From Gallionella sp. (GTDB taxonomy: Bacteria > Pseudomonadota > Gammaproteobacteria > Burkholderiales > Gallionellaceae): a stretch of 64,000 nt of DNA. The stretch's first letter is position 1; each line of letters begins with the position of its first letter. The notes under the pieces were generated by a model. It saw only the letters and a list, made by a program, of their open reading frames with translations, did not search any database and was not told the origin of the DNA. Positions 31,912 to 42,423 of this stretch are shown here, piece after piece. The stretch is taken from NCBI GenBank assembly GCA_024641025.1, contig JAHEDW010000004.1, positions 617 to 64,616 on the forward strand. Reading direction: 5' to 3'. Both the position numbers and the translations under genes were made by a program.

Positions 31912-32808
31912 ATGAACGAACCTCATTCAACTCGTATCGGCTTAATAGCCGTTTTCTTTACCATATGCATTTGGACTGGTTTCATTCTAGTCACCCGTTA
32001 TGGAGGAAAGGGCGTGTTGACTGGATGGGATGTGACTGCATTGCGATTCGGCGTTGGCGCGCTTATCGCGCTTGTTTTTCTGCCACGTGTTACCTTGCCG
32101 CCGATTAAAGTAATCCTGCTATTTTCAGTATTCGGCGGACTAGGTTATGCCATCGCAGTGTATCTTGCCTTTCGAATGGCGCCGGCTGCCCATGCGGCGA
32201 TATTATTGCCGGGTGCACTTCCCTTTGCCACCGCTGCAATCGCATGGTTGTGGCTTAGGCAAGAACCATCACATGCACAAAAACACGCGCTTTTGCTGGT
32301 ATTTATTGGCATAACTTTGACAGCTGCCGACACGTTTTATCACGGAGCACACTTGACTGGCATGCAAATCCTTGGCGACTTGCTGTTCCTATGCGGTTCT
32401 TCGCTTTGGGCAGTGTTCACACTTCTATTACGCCGTTTCCCGACGCCTCCTCTGACCACAGCAGTTAGTACTACGTTGGGCAGTGCTATTCTATTCTTAC
32501 CTGTTTGGTGGCTATTCCTGCCAAGCACGCTGCATCAAGCACCTATCAGCGAAATTGCCATGCAAGCAATCTACCAAGGAATATTGGTCGTATTCGTCGC
32601 CATGATGCTCTACACTTTCGCTGTCAGCTGTCTCGGTGGACAAACAGTGGCTTTGCTCATGGCTATCGTACCCGGTCTATCCGCTCTCGCCGCCGTTCCA
32701 GTTTTGGGTGAACCCCTCTCATTGCTCACCATGGCGGGATTGGTCGCAGTCACGATGGGCGCAGTTGTAGGAGCCCGGCAAAAGCCACTTAGACGAAGTA
32801 GGGATTGA
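31912..32808 (+). CDS. DMT superfamily (EamA-like) transporter
   Basis: Ten predicted TM helices in two repeated halves, about 300 aa. Confidence 0.75.
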   Translation: MNEPHSTRIGLIAVFFTICIWTGFILVTRYGGKGVLTGWDVTALRFGVGALIALVFLPRVTLPPIKVILLFSVFGGLGYAIAVYLAFRMAPAAHAAILLPGALPFATAAIAWLWLRQEPSHAQKHALLLVFIGITLTAADTFYHGAHLTGMQILGDLLFLCGSSLWAVFTLLLRRFPTPPLTTAVSTTLGSAILFLPVWWLFLPSTLHQAPISEIAMQAIYQGILVVFVAMMLYTFAVSCLGGQTVALLMAIVPGLSALAAVPVLGEPLSLLTMAGLVAVTMGAVVGARQKPLRRSRD

Positions 32809-32840
32809 ATCCCTGAGCTAAAGCAGCGACAGTATAATGA

Positions 32841-33788
32841 TCAGTCACCCGCCCTTACGTCCAGCTTCGCAATGAAATCCTCCAGTTCAATCGGTAATGG
32901 CGCGACTAACCTCATAGGCTCAACAGTCAAAGGATGATTGAATTCAATACTGTATGCATGTAGGAACATCCGCTTCAGGCCTTGCTTAGCCAGTGCTTTG
33001 TTACGCGCAAAGTCGCCATACTTGTCGTCTCCAGCAATTGGAAAGCCAAGATGTGCTAGATGCACACGGATCTGGTGGGTACGACCAGTCTTGAGTTGCG
33101 CTTCCAACAGACTGAATTCCTTCCAACTCCTTTGCAGCGCGAAAATAGTGTGCGAGGCTTGCCCATCTTCCCTCACCATCACGCGTTTCTCGCCCTTTGG
33201 CGTGTCGAACTTGTGAAGTGGCAACTTTACATGCTGCTTGACGTTCTTCCACTGACCCAGAACCATCGTCAAATAACGTTTGTCACTGTTTCCCTCGCGC
33301 ATAATTTCATGCATCGCGGTCAGCGCGGATCGCTTTTTTGCAATTAACAGAACGCCAGATGTTTCCCGGTCAAGCCGATGAACCAGTTCAAGGAACTTAG
33401 CATCAGGACGCGCATTTCGCATTTGTTCGATGACGCCGAAACTAATTCCGCTACCGCCATGCACTGCCACCCCTGCAGGTTTGTTCACCGCTAAAAGTGC
33501 ATCATCCTCGTAAAGGATTGGGAATTCCACTGTAGGGATACGCGCTATTCTCACCTCATGCTTTTCCGCTACACGGATAGGTGGAATGCGCAGCAAGTCC
33601 CCCAGTTTCAGCCGATAGGTCTGGTCGACACGCTTTTTGTTGACCCGTACTTCACCGCGCAGGATACGGTATATATGGCTTTTAGGGACGCCTTTCAGGT
33701 GTTTGAAAAGGAAGTTGTCGATGCGCTGCGCTGCGCCGCTTTCATCGATCTCCACAAAGTTCACAGAATCTTTGCTTAAACCGTTCAT
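32841..33788 (-). CDS. rluC: 23S rRNA pseudouridine synthase RluC (RluA family with S4 domain)
   Basis: S4-like N-terminus, HRLDRETSGVLL catalytic motif and TGRTHQIRVH. Divergent from rne as in E. coli. Confidence 0.9.
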   Translation of the reverse strand: MNGLSKDSVNFVEIDESGAAQRIDNFLFKHLKGVPKSHIYRILRGEVRVNKKRVDQTYRLKLGDLLRIPPIRVAEKHEVRIARIPTVEFPILYEDDALLAVNKPAGVAVHGGSGISFGVIEQMRNARPDAKFLELVHRLDRETSGVLLIAKKRSALTAMHEIMREGNSDKRYLTMVLGQWKNVKQHVKLPLHKFDTPKGEKRVMVREDGQASHTIFALQRSWKEFSLLEAQLKTGRTHQIRVHLAHLGFPIAGDDKYGDFARNKALAKQGLKRMFLHAYSIEFNHPLTVEPMRLVAPLPIELEDFIAKLDVRAGD

Positions 33789-34235
33789 TTTGCTTATACT
33801 TCGCCGCTCGCGCGATTTGGATTGGGTAAGTTTGGGTTTTTATTCCCCGCCAAGGATCTTTTGGCACAAGCGACGGTGCAGTGCACCGCCACCTTTCCTG
33901 CCGCAGCCCGGTTAATATCACTCACCGGTACCAGCAGTGATAGTAATTGATTTACGCGCTCAAAGCACCTGAGGATTTTCGTGAAGCAGCCGTGGCTGCC
34001 TTACAACCCAAGGAATTTTTGTAATAATTGGCATTGCGGATGCGCTGCATCCTCAACCGAAATACAAAAGTCCCGGAATACAAATTTTTTAGACCGGCTA
34101 ATTATAGAGAACTGAATTGACCAACCGATTGCACAATACCATTCCTTTTGCACGATTGCTCACTGCTTGCTCATCTGGCACGCATAATCGCGTGTAGCTA
34201 GGTCTCGCCCGTGTCTGAGCGCGGGAGACGATAAA
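33789..34235 (+). promoter_or_regulatory. Long structured rne leader / rluC-rne divergent promoter region
   Basis: 447-nt gap with several local hairpins, such as GGTGC-agt-GCACC near 33875. An imperfect hairpin at 34202-34229 has the GGAGA Shine-Dalgarno in its 3' arm. The E. coli rne 5' UTR is autoregulatory, so this call is by analogy only. Confidence 0.4.
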
Positions 34236-36809
34236 ATGAAACGCATGTTATTCAATGCGACACAACCGGAAGAACTCCGTGTCGCTATAGTCGATGGCCA
34301 GAAACTAATAGACCTCGACATAGAAACCGCCGGTAAAGAGCAACGCAAGAGCAACATATACAAAGCAGTCATCACCCGCCTTGAACCCAGCCTTGAAGCC
34401 TGTTTCGTTGAATACGGCGGGAATCGTCATGGCTTTCTTCCATTCAAAGAGGTAGCTCCCCAATACTTCCAAACTGGCAGTGGCAGCCGCCCCTCGATCA
34501 AGGAAGCGTTGCGTGAAGGCCAAGAATTGTTGGTACAAGTTGAAAAGGACGAGCGCGGAAACAAGGGCGCCGCCCTGACCACCTACATCAGCCTTGCCGG
34601 GCGCTACATCGTCCTTATGCCGAACAATCCAAGCGGTGGTGGTGTTTCTAGGCGCATAGAAGGTGAAGAGCGCAACGAGTTGCGCGAAGTGCTTTCGCAT
34701 GTAGAAGTTCCACAGGGCATGAGTATCATCGCACGGACTGCCGGAATTGGACGTAATCAGGAAGAATTGCAATGGGACCTCGATTACCTTAAGCAATTGT
34801 GGGATGCGATCGAAGGTGCCGCAGAGTCAGAAAAGGCACCGTCGCTGATTTATTTGGAAAGTAGCCTGGTAGTGCGCGCCATCCGCGATTACTTTAATCC
34901 TGAGATTGGAGAAATACTGATAGACACCGAAGATGTCTATCAGCAGGCCCTTGCGTTCATGAGCACAGTAATGCCAAGCAACGTGGACCGCATCAAACGC
35001 TATGTTGACGATGTGCCACTGTTCTCACGTTTCCAGATTGAACATCAAATCGAGTCCGCTCATGCCCGTGAAGTGCGCTTACCCTCCGGCGGTGCGATCG
35101 TTATTGATCATACCGAAGCGCTAACTGCAATCGACATCAACTCGGCGCGTGCTACCAGAGGTTCAGATATCGAGGCAACTGCATTCAACACCAACCTCGA
35201 GGCCGCGGAAGAAATCGCCCGTCAACTACGCTTACGCGATCTAGGCGGATTGATTGTGATCGATTTCATCGACATGGAGAACAGCCGCAACCAGCGCGAC
35301 GTAGAGAACCGCTTGCGTGACTCGCTTCATTATGACCGCGCTCGTGTCCAGACAGCGAAGATCTCCCGCTTCGGACTACTGGAATTGTCCCGCCAGCGCC
35401 TTCAGCCGAGCCTGAGCGAAAGCAACTATATCGCCTGCCCACGCTGCAGTGGAATCGGTCACATACGTGGTACTGAGTCTTCCGCCTTGCATATCCTGCG
35501 AATCATTCAGGAAGAAGCGATGAAGGAAAGCAGTACAGCGATCCACGTACAGGTACCCGTTGATGTCGCCACTTTCCTGCTCAATGAGAAGCGTTCTGAC
35601 ATTCATCGCATAGAATCTCGCCTGAAAGTGGCAGTCACGGTAATTCCTAATCCTCATCTGGAAACACCTAATTACGCCATCAATCGTCTGCGTCTCGATG
35701 ATATGACCAGCGAAGTATTGCAAGCTAGTTATAAACTTGTAGAAAAGCCGGTTGAAGAAAAACTGCTAAACGGAAATCAAGAACAACAAAAAGCCATGCG
35801 GGCGCAAGCAGTTGTTCAAGGCATAACGCCGGTTCAGCCCGCCCCGGTGAAGCCTGAAGTCGTAAAGCTTTCGATCTTCAGTAGATTCTACGAGTGGATA
35901 AAATCTCTTACCGAAGAGGATCAACCAATCGCCAAACCAGCTACCAGCAAACCGCGAAACGCAACGCGACCTCAGCGTGCCGAGCGTGGTGAAGGCGGCG
36001 GCAAGCGTCGTGATCGTGGTGGGCGAGGTGATCGCAGCGAGGGTTCCGGTAACCGCGAACGTAGTGAACCGCGCGGTAAGAATGCACAAACCGATGCCTC
36101 ATCCAAACCGCAAGAGTTACGTGAGCCACGTCCTCCCAAACAACCGCGTCAAGCACGCGTTAACGAAGAGGTACCAGCCTTGGAAAGCCAGTCCGCTAAA
36201 GTTGCCGGCGAACAGGCCAGCACTGGCAGCCCCTCAGGGTCACGTCGACGAGGACGGCGAGGAGGACGCCGCGAGCGAGAACAGCGCGAAATTGCGTCGC
36301 AAAACGCGCTAGCCACTTCTGCCAATGAGGGTTCCGCAACAATATCCATTGTGCAGACCAGCTCAACATCCTCGATGGCCAAGCCAACCGAATATATTGC
36401 TTACCCCGAGGGATTCGTCCGACCAAGCGAATATATCGCAATGCCTGCTGCCGCCCCTCAACCGATTGAGGTGATAGTCACTCCACAGTCAGTCACTGCA
36501 AAAGTTGCATCAAAACCAAGTACACCAAGTGCCGCGTTATCGCATGCAACAGAAGTTGTATCTCATGCAATATCAGAGGTATCACCGGTTCAGGCTCACG
36601 TTCCGGTTCAGGTTCAGGCTCCGGCAACCTCAGGTAGCGGTCTGACACAGATAGAGACTGATCCAGTCAAACTCAGCTTGGTAGCGGAACTCTCGCAGCA
36701 GGCTTACTCTGAACCGATTAAAGTGCCACGTAGACGTACTCGCCAACGTGAAGTTTATGTGGAGAGTGAGCCACTGGTGCAAATCGAGACACACCGACCA
36801 CAAGGTTGA
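34236..36809 (+). CDS. rne: Ribonuclease E
   Basis: [25 protein letters not shown]-terminus, S1 domain, CPRCSGIG zinc-link motif, and an Arg/Pro/Glu-rich disordered C-terminal scaffold. Confidence 0.96.
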   Translation: MKRMLFNATQPEELRVAIVDGQKLIDLDIETAGKEQRKSNIYKAVITRLEPSLEACFVEYGGNRHGFLPFKEVAPQYFQTGSGSRPSIKEALREGQELLVQVEKDERGNKGAALTTYISLAGRYIVLMPNNPSGGGVSRRIEGEERNELREVLSHVEVPQGMSIIARTAGIGRNQEELQWDLDYLKQLWDAIEGAAESEKAPSLIYLESSLVVRAIRDYFNPEIGEILIDTEDVYQQALAFMSTVMPSNVDRIKRYVDDVPLFSRFQIEHQIESAHAREVRLPSGGAIVIDHTEALTAIDINSARATRGSDIEATAFNTNLEAAEEIARQLRLRDLGGLIVIDFIDMENSRNQRDVENRLRDSLHYDRARVQTAKISRFGLLELSRQRLQPSLSESNYIACPRCSGIGHIRGTESSALHILRIIQEEAMKESSTAIHVQVPVDVATFLLNEKRSDIHRIESRLKVAVTVIPNPHLETPNYAINRLRLDDMTSEVLQASYKLVEKPVEEKLLNGNQEQQKAMRAQAVVQGITPVQPAPVKPEVVKLSIFSRFYEWIKSLTEEDQPIAKPATSKPRNATRPQRAERGEGGGKRRDRGGRGDRSEGSGNRERSEPRGKNAQTDASSKPQELREPRPPKQPRQARVNEEVPALESQSAKVAGEQASTGSPSGSRRRGRRGGRREREQREIASQNALATSANEGSATISIVQTSSTSSMAKPTEYIAYPEGFVRPSEYIAMPAAAPQPIEVIVTPQSVTAKVASKPSTPSAALSHATEVVSHAISEVSPVQAHVPVQVQAPATSGSGLTQIETDPVKLSLVAELSQQAYSEPIKVPRRRTRQREVYVESEPLVQIETHRPQG

Positions 36810-36828
36810 TATAGACCAACAGTAAATT

Positions 36829-36862
36829 GCCGCACGATTTTCATCGTGCGGCTTATCTATTT
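36829..36862 (+). terminator. Intrinsic terminator of rne
   Basis: GCCGCACGA-ttttca-TCGTGCGGC (9-bp stem) followed by a T-rich tract (ttatctattt), 20 nt after the rne stop. Confidence 0.7.
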
Positions 36863-36934
36863 AACTTGCTGAGATTGCATATTTGCATTTGCCTTTAGTA
36901 CCCAGGTTACCTAAAGTCTCCTTCACATATACTA

Positions 36935-37417
36935 TTACGTGAAGTGGCGATGCCTGATCTCCTGCAGCAATCCCTGAGCAGCATCTTCCACCATATCAAG
37001 CACACGCTCAAATCCATCTGCACCACCAAAGTAGGGATCCGGCACCTCGCGCTCAGGATGGTGGCGGGCGTACTCAAGCAACAATCGTGCTTGAATAGTA
37101 CTGTCAGCTGGTCCAAGATCTTGCAGGATTGCAAGATTGCTTCTGTCCATCGCCAAGACATAATCAAACCTATGGAAGTCTGCTGCTTCGACTTGTCTCC
37201 CGCGCAAAGCGCTCATTTCATATCCGCGCTGCCGTGCTGCCCGTTGGGTTCGCTGATCAGGTGGATCACCGACGTGGTAGTCATGCGTTCCAGCTGAATC
37301 AATCAAGATCTGTTCGGAAAGTCCGGCATTTTCTACAAAATGCCTAAATACTGCTTCGGCAGTGGGTGATCGGCAAATGTTGCCCATACAAACAAACACG
37401 ACTGAAATTTTTTTCAT
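36935..37417 (-). CDS. Low-molecular-weight protein-tyrosine phosphatase
   Basis: VCMGNICRSP (CX5R-S P-loop) at the N-terminus and DPYY-like DPYFG near the C-terminus. Confidence 0.9.
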   Translation of the reverse strand: MKKISVVFVCMGNICRSPTAEAVFRHFVENAGLSEQILIDSAGTHDYHVGDPPDQRTQRAARQRGYEMSALRGRQVEAADFHRFDYVLAMDRSNLAILQDLGPADSTIQARLLLEYARHHPEREVPDPYFGGADGFERVLDMVEDAAQGLLQEIRHRHFT

Positions 37418-37616
37418 CTGAAAACTACCATTGAAAATTTCCTGATATACCTAAATTTGGTTTTGTTTATCATTTTACACGCCCGATGCGGCCCTTTCAT
37501 GAAATCCAATACACATAATTCATCCCCTTTGGGTCGATTTGTTGACAAGTCATATTACTTGATTAATTAACTCAGGTAATATATCATTCAAGCATTCAAT
37601 CATCAGGAGTTTAAAT

Positions 37617-37910
37617 ATGGAAATACCTACACGCGACGGCGACGGCTATCTTGAAAGTATGAGCGACTGGACGCCAGAGATCGCAAAGGCAATGGCGGAG
37701 GCGGACAATTTCGAATTAAATGATGAGAAGTGGGTACACATTATGAAAGCCCGCGAGTTTTATGAAGAATTCGGAACCGTACCTCCGATCCGCAAATTTG
37801 CAAAATTTATCGAGCAAGACCAGAAAGAAGTCTTTGACCTTTGGATGACTGGACCGATGAAGCCGATCACAAAATACGGTGGCCTACCGAAACCGACTGG
37901 TTGCGTCTGA
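37617..37910 (+). CDS. TusE/DsrC-family sulfur-relay protein (single C-terminal Cys, TusE-like)
   Basis: C-terminal GGLPKPTGCV signature, with E.W and PPIR motifs. It lacks the second Cys 10 residues upstream that defines bona fide DsrC. Confidence 0.85.
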   Translation: MEIPTRDGDGYLESMSDWTPEIAKAMAEADNFELNDEKWVHIMKAREFYEEFGTVPPIRKFAKFIEQDQKEVFDLWMTGPMKPITKYGGLPKPTGCV

Positions 37911-37973
37911 ACATCAATATCGATTCAGCTTGAGCGCAGGACTTCCTGAGGGGGTCCCGCGTCATCTCTAGCC

Positions 37974-39443
37974 ATGCACAAACTCGAACAGCTTAACTTC
38001 GAAAATACCTTTGCCCGCTTGCCTAACAGTTTCCATAGTCGGCAAACTCCTACTCCGCTTCCTGATCCTTATCTGGTCAGCTTCAATGCAAATGCAGCAA
38101 GATTGATCGACCTAGATTGCGAAGAAGCATCTCGCAAAGATTTCGCCGAGCATTTTTCCGGCAATCGAATGATGCCTGGTACAGATCCACTATCAATGAT
38201 CTACGCTGGACACCAGTTCGGTCATTTCGTCCAACAATTGGGCGATGGTCGTGCAATATTGCTCGGTGAGATCAGAAACAACTCCGCTGAACTCTGGGAT
38301 GTACAACTCAAGGGCGCAGGCATAACGCCCTACTCACGCCAGGGTGATGGCCGCGCCGTGCTTCGTTCAAGCATTCGCGAATACTTGTGTTCAGAAGCTA
38401 TGCATTGGCTGGGAATTCCAACCAGTCGTGCCTTGTGCATCGTCGGCAGCGACGAGGAAGTCTATCGGGAAAGAATCGAAACCGCCGCCGTACTCACCCG
38501 TCTGTCACCATCTCATGTACGTTTCGGATCATTCGAGGTTTTTTTCCATCGTGGGCAGCATGAACAAATCACTACGCTTGCAGACTTTGTCATCAACAGA
38601 CACTTCCCAGATCTGGTTGGTGATTCAGACAAGTACCAGCTATTTCTGAATGAAGTCACACAGCGCACAGCAAAACTGATGGCGCAATGGCAATCGGTGG
38701 GTTTTTCGCATGGAGTGATGAACACCGATAACATGTCGATCCTCGGCCTGACATTCGATTACGGTCCTTTCGGCTTCATGGAAACTTACGATCCTGGATA
38801 TATTTGTAACCACTCGGATCCGCGTGGTCGCTATGCTTATGACCAGCAACCGCAAGTCGGCTTGTGGAACCTTGCTTGTCTTGCGCAAGCCCTTTCCCCA
38901 CTCATTCCAGCTAAACAGGCACATGACGTGCTAGATGGGTATGCTATGGCGTATCACCAACACTTTGTATCGTTGATGTCTGCAAAACTCGGAATTCTAA
39001 ACACCTCTCCGCTGGATATTGAACTGATTGCTTCACTACTGAGGATGATGCAAGACAGTCAACTCGATTACACCAGACTCTTTCGCAGCCTGGCCAATTT
39101 TAGTTCCTCTGAAAATGCTGCCAATGACATTTTGCGCAACCAGTTCATCGACCGTGAAGCATTCGATGCATGGGCCGACAATTATCGTGCTCGACTTCTG
39201 CTTGATTCGAGCAATGATTTCGAAAGAAAAATTCGCATGGATGCAGTCAATCCGAAATACATCCTACGCAACTATCTGGCGCAAGATGCAATCGAAAAGG
39301 CCGAGAAAACTCGAGACTTTTGCGAGATCGATTTACTGTTGAAATTGCTTGAAAAACCCTTCGACGAACAACCTGAGAAGGAAAGTTATGCAGCCGCTCC
39401 ACCAGAATGGGCTCGACAAATTGAGGTAAGTTGTTCTTCCTAG
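37974..39443 (+). CDS. selO: Protein adenylyltransferase SelO (YdiU)
   Basis: YAGHQFG...LGDGRA, LKG.G.TPYSR and HGVMNTDN pseudokinase motifs. The C-terminus ...SCSS has Cys at the antepenultimate position, where eukaryotic SelO carries Sec. Confidence 0.93.
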   Translation: MHKLEQLNFENTFARLPNSFHSRQTPTPLPDPYLVSFNANAARLIDLDCEEASRKDFAEHFSGNRMMPGTDPLSMIYAGHQFGHFVQQLGDGRAILLGEIRNNSAELWDVQLKGAGITPYSRQGDGRAVLRSSIREYLCSEAMHWLGIPTSRALCIVGSDEEVYRERIETAAVLTRLSPSHVRFGSFEVFFHRGQHEQITTLADFVINRHFPDLVGDSDKYQLFLNEVTQRTAKLMAQWQSVGFSHGVMNTDNMSILGLTFDYGPFGFMETYDPGYICNHSDPRGRYAYDQQPQVGLWNLACLAQALSPLIPAKQAHDVLDGYAMAYHQHFVSLMSAKLGILNTSPLDIELIASLLRMMQDSQLDYTRLFRSLANFSSSENAANDILRNQFIDREAFDAWADNYRARLLLDSSNDFERKIRMDAVNPKYILRNYLAQDAIEKAEKTRDFCEIDLLLKLLEKPFDEQPEKESYAAAPPEWARQIEVSCSS

Positions 39444-39481
39444 ACTACACTAATCAAATACTTCCGAATTAGAAATTTGGT

Positions 39482-40882
39482 TCAGCCTTGGCGACGAACC
39501 AAAATCGCCGCCACTTGTTTCTTAGGCTTGTTCGCTTGCTGCGCCGGCTGGGATGCGGCAGAAGTTGGGTTGGTACTGGGTTCATAAGGCTTGTCGAACC
39601 AAGGATCATGGGCAGGCTTTTTCGGTGCAGCAGAACGTGCAACATGATCTTGTCCTGATCGTTCAACGCGAGACCCTTTGTTTGATTTCGCCTTGTGCGG
39701 AACGACCGCAACTTCCTTTTCGATCTCACGCTTGATCAGTTTCTCGATTTCCTTAATATACTTCTCCTCTTCGGGAGAAACGAGCGAGATGGCTTTTCCT
39801 GAAGCTCCTGCGCGACCTGTACGACCTATACGGTGAACATAATCCTCAGGTGCATGTGGAATCTCATAGTTGATTACCATCGGTAACTGATCGATATCCA
39901 AACCACGTGCCGCGACGTCGGTTCCAATCAGGACTGTGACCTTACCCTGCTTGAATGCGTCCAATGCCTGTATACGTTCCAACTGGCTTTTATCACCGTG
40001 AATCGCATCAGCTGCAACTCCATCCTTCTGCAGTTGCCTTGCGAGTCGACTAGCAGCTAGTTTTGTTTTGGTGAACACTAACACTTGTGACGCATCACTG
40101 CCTTGCAACAATTGGGAAAGCAGCACATGCTTGTCTTCCTGTGCCACAAGATATATCTTTTGAGCAACATTCTCGGCAGTTGCATTACTGCGGGCAACCT
40201 CGATGAGTTTGGGGTGAGTCAGAAAATCAGCGGACAACTTCTTGATCTCACTAGAGAATGTAGCAGAGAACATCAGGTTCTGTCGCTGCTTGGGCAGCAA
40301 TGCAAGGATGCGCTTCAAATCAGGCATGAAGCCCATATCCAGCATACGGTCCGCTTCATCGAGTACTAGCATCTGCACCTGGTTCAATTGCACCGTCTTC
40401 ATCTCGACATGGTCCAACAAGCGCCCTGGAGTCGCTACCAAAATCTCTATCCCTGTCTTCAGCCGTGGGGTCTGAGTCTTGATATCCACCCCTCCGTAAA
40501 CTACCAGCGAACGCAATTTGGTATGCTTTGCATAGGACTTAACGCTCTCTTCAACCTGAATCGCCAGTTCTCGTGTCGGCACCAAGATCAGTGCCCTTAC
40601 TGGGTGGCGGGCTGGTGAGGCGCTGGAACTGGCCTGGGGAAGCAACTTCTGCAGAATAGGCAACGCAAAGGCAGCCGTCTTGCCAGTCCCTGTCTGGGCG
40701 CCAGCCATAAGGTCGCGTCCTTCCAGTACCAGCGGAATAGCCTGTGCTTGTATCGGTGTAGGTGTAGTGTAACCAGATTCGGTCAGCGCCTTGAGAATCT
40801 CTGGCGCCAGTTGCAATGCTTCAAAACTTATCGTACTCAATGTCCTAATCTCATAATGATGGTAGTGGGCGACCCTCCCCAT
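39482..40882 (-). CDS. rhlE: ATP-dependent DEAD-box RNA helicase (RhlE-like) with a basic C-terminal tail
   Basis: Q motif, AQTGTGKT, DEAD, SAT and HRIGRTGRAG motifs. The true start may be the in-frame TTG at 40840 (..STISFEALQL). Confidence 0.9.
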   Translation of the reverse strand: MGRVAHYHHYEIRTLSTISFEALQLAPEILKALTESGYTTPTPIQAQAIPLVLEGRDLMAGAQTGTGKTAAFALPILQKLLPQASSSASPARHPVRALILVPTRELAIQVEESVKSYAKHTKLRSLVVYGGVDIKTQTPRLKTGIEILVATPGRLLDHVEMKTVQLNQVQMLVLDEADRMLDMGFMPDLKRILALLPKQRQNLMFSATFSSEIKKLSADFLTHPKLIEVARSNATAENVAQKIYLVAQEDKHVLLSQLLQGSDASQVLVFTKTKLAASRLARQLQKDGVAADAIHGDKSQLERIQALDAFKQGKVTVLIGTDVAARGLDIDQLPMVINYEIPHAPEDYVHRIGRTGRAGASGKAISLVSPEEEKYIKEIEKLIKREIEKEVAVVPHKAKSNKGSRVERSGQDHVARSAAPKKPAHDPWFDKPYEPSTNPTSAASQPAQQANKPKKQVAAILVRRQG

Positions 40883-40986
40883 TTATCTATATTATACGCC
40901 AGTGCAGGTTGTACGGTATTTTCATAACTCAACCAATTGTTTTCATGTAGTTATTCTTGTTTAAGGACTTCTCATTCCCCAGATAT

Positions 40987-41586
40987 TCACGCTATCGCCT
41001 TCTTAATGACCTCCAGCAAGTCAGGCGGCCATTTCGGTGCGAGCGTCAGTGCCGTTTGGTGGCCGCGTTCCGACATCTTTTTCCATGTCTTGCGCACTAT
41101 GCTGACCAGCTTCGGCACACTATACTGAGGAGCAAAGGGGGCAAAATAAAATTCCAGGAACACTAGGCATACAACATCCTCAAGCACTTGCCCTTCCTGT
41201 CCAGCGATCTTGATCCGATCCTTCATCAATAGAGCCTTGACCTGCTCACAGATCTCATTGTCATAGCCGACCTGCTGCATGATTTCGGCAGCGATTTCGC
41301 CATGCATCTTCGCCAAGGTAGTGCGCCATTTATTGTAACCATCACGATCCATGGGATAATCTCGTCGCGGTATCTTCCAGCGACAGATATGTTGGGCCCG
41401 CGCAGCCAAGCGCAATGCCTCTGAAGCATCTGGATCGTATTTGTCCAGCCAGTCAGACATGCGTTGGGAATAAAGCAATTCCTTGGGGTATTGCTTGCCC
41501 TCGAATACCTCCATATTCGGGTCTGCCGCGTTTGCTTTATCAACAAGCGCAATCGCTTCATTAAATTGTCCAGATAATTTAGTCAT
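40987..41586 (-). CDS. DUF4202-family protein
   Basis: 199 aa. The pattern ...LRLAARAQHICRWKIPRRDYPMDRDGYNKWR... matches my recollection of DUF4202. Function unknown. Confidence 0.6.
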   Translation of the reverse strand: MTKLSGQFNEAIALVDKANAADPNMEVFEGKQYPKELLYSQRMSDWLDKYDPDASEALRLAARAQHICRWKIPRRDYPMDRDGYNKWRTTLAKMHGEIAAEIMQQVGYDNEICEQVKALLMKDRIKIAGQEGQVLEDVVCLVFLEFYFAPFAPQYSVPKLVSIVRKTWKKMSERGHQTALTLAPKWPPDLLEVIKKAIA

Positions 41587-41836
41587 AGTGATTTAGTTGA
41601 ATAAATTGTAGATTTTCATGCTGATTTGCATCAGAAAGAAGCAAAGGATAAAGTCGTCCTTTCAAATAGCCACTTCTTTACAGGAACTTTTAATGAATTT
41701 TACACCCACAGTCTGGTTATCCAAACACTTAAACTTAGGATGATTGATCGGTATTTGAGATTTGCTTGTCAATGCCAGATTTAAGAATAATCACATCCTT
41801 GAAATATACTTCGACACCAATCCTGAAGGAAATCAA

Positions 41837-42259
41837 ATGAGACACACTGTCCTATTCACATCCGTTTTAGTGCTTATCCTTACGGCCTGCGATAAAAAGC
41901 CTTCTCAAGAGCCTTTTATTCCTACACCTGCTATTGAGTCATCCGGCACTTTACCACCCGGACACCCACCTGTTGAATCCGCAGGACAAACTACGACACT
42001 TTCTGGCCTAACGGAAAGTCCTCAGACTCAAACGGCCACGGTATTGACTACCATCCAAATTCCCCAGTTCACCTATATCGAGGTCAAACAGAACGACCAG
42101 AAGCGATGGCTTGCTGCGTCAACTATCGACGCCCAGAAGGGCGATACCATCGAGTTTGACGCCGGCTCTACTATCTCCGACTTCAATAGCAAGGCCTTGG
42201 ATCGCTCCTTTCCCAACATGACCTTCGTCAATAATGCGACCATCAAAAAGGCGAAGTGA
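41837..42259 (+). CDS. Putative lipoprotein, function unknown (PPGHPP motif followed by a beta-rich domain)
   Basis: MRHTVLFTSVLVLILTAC lipobox after an AAGGAA Shine-Dalgarno. The upstream 25 codons of the track ORF (from 41762) were rejected. Confidence 0.6.
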   Translation: MRHTVLFTSVLVLILTACDKKPSQEPFIPTPAIESSGTLPPGHPPVESAGQTTTLSGLTESPQTQTATVLTTIQIPQFTYIEVKQNDQKRWLAASTIDAQKGDTIEFDAGSTISDFNSKALDRSFPNMTFVNNATIKKAK

Positions 42260-42423
42260 GCATTCAACTTACTACTGACACATGTGGCTCGGGACAACAG
42301 AATATGGATTTCGCTGCTGCAAAATCGCCATAAAATCCATTATCGATAGAAAGTTGTTCAGTTACATTTTGGAAAGAATTATGCCAGGCGAACGGCAGAG
42401 TTCGCTTTAGACTTTCACCTACT

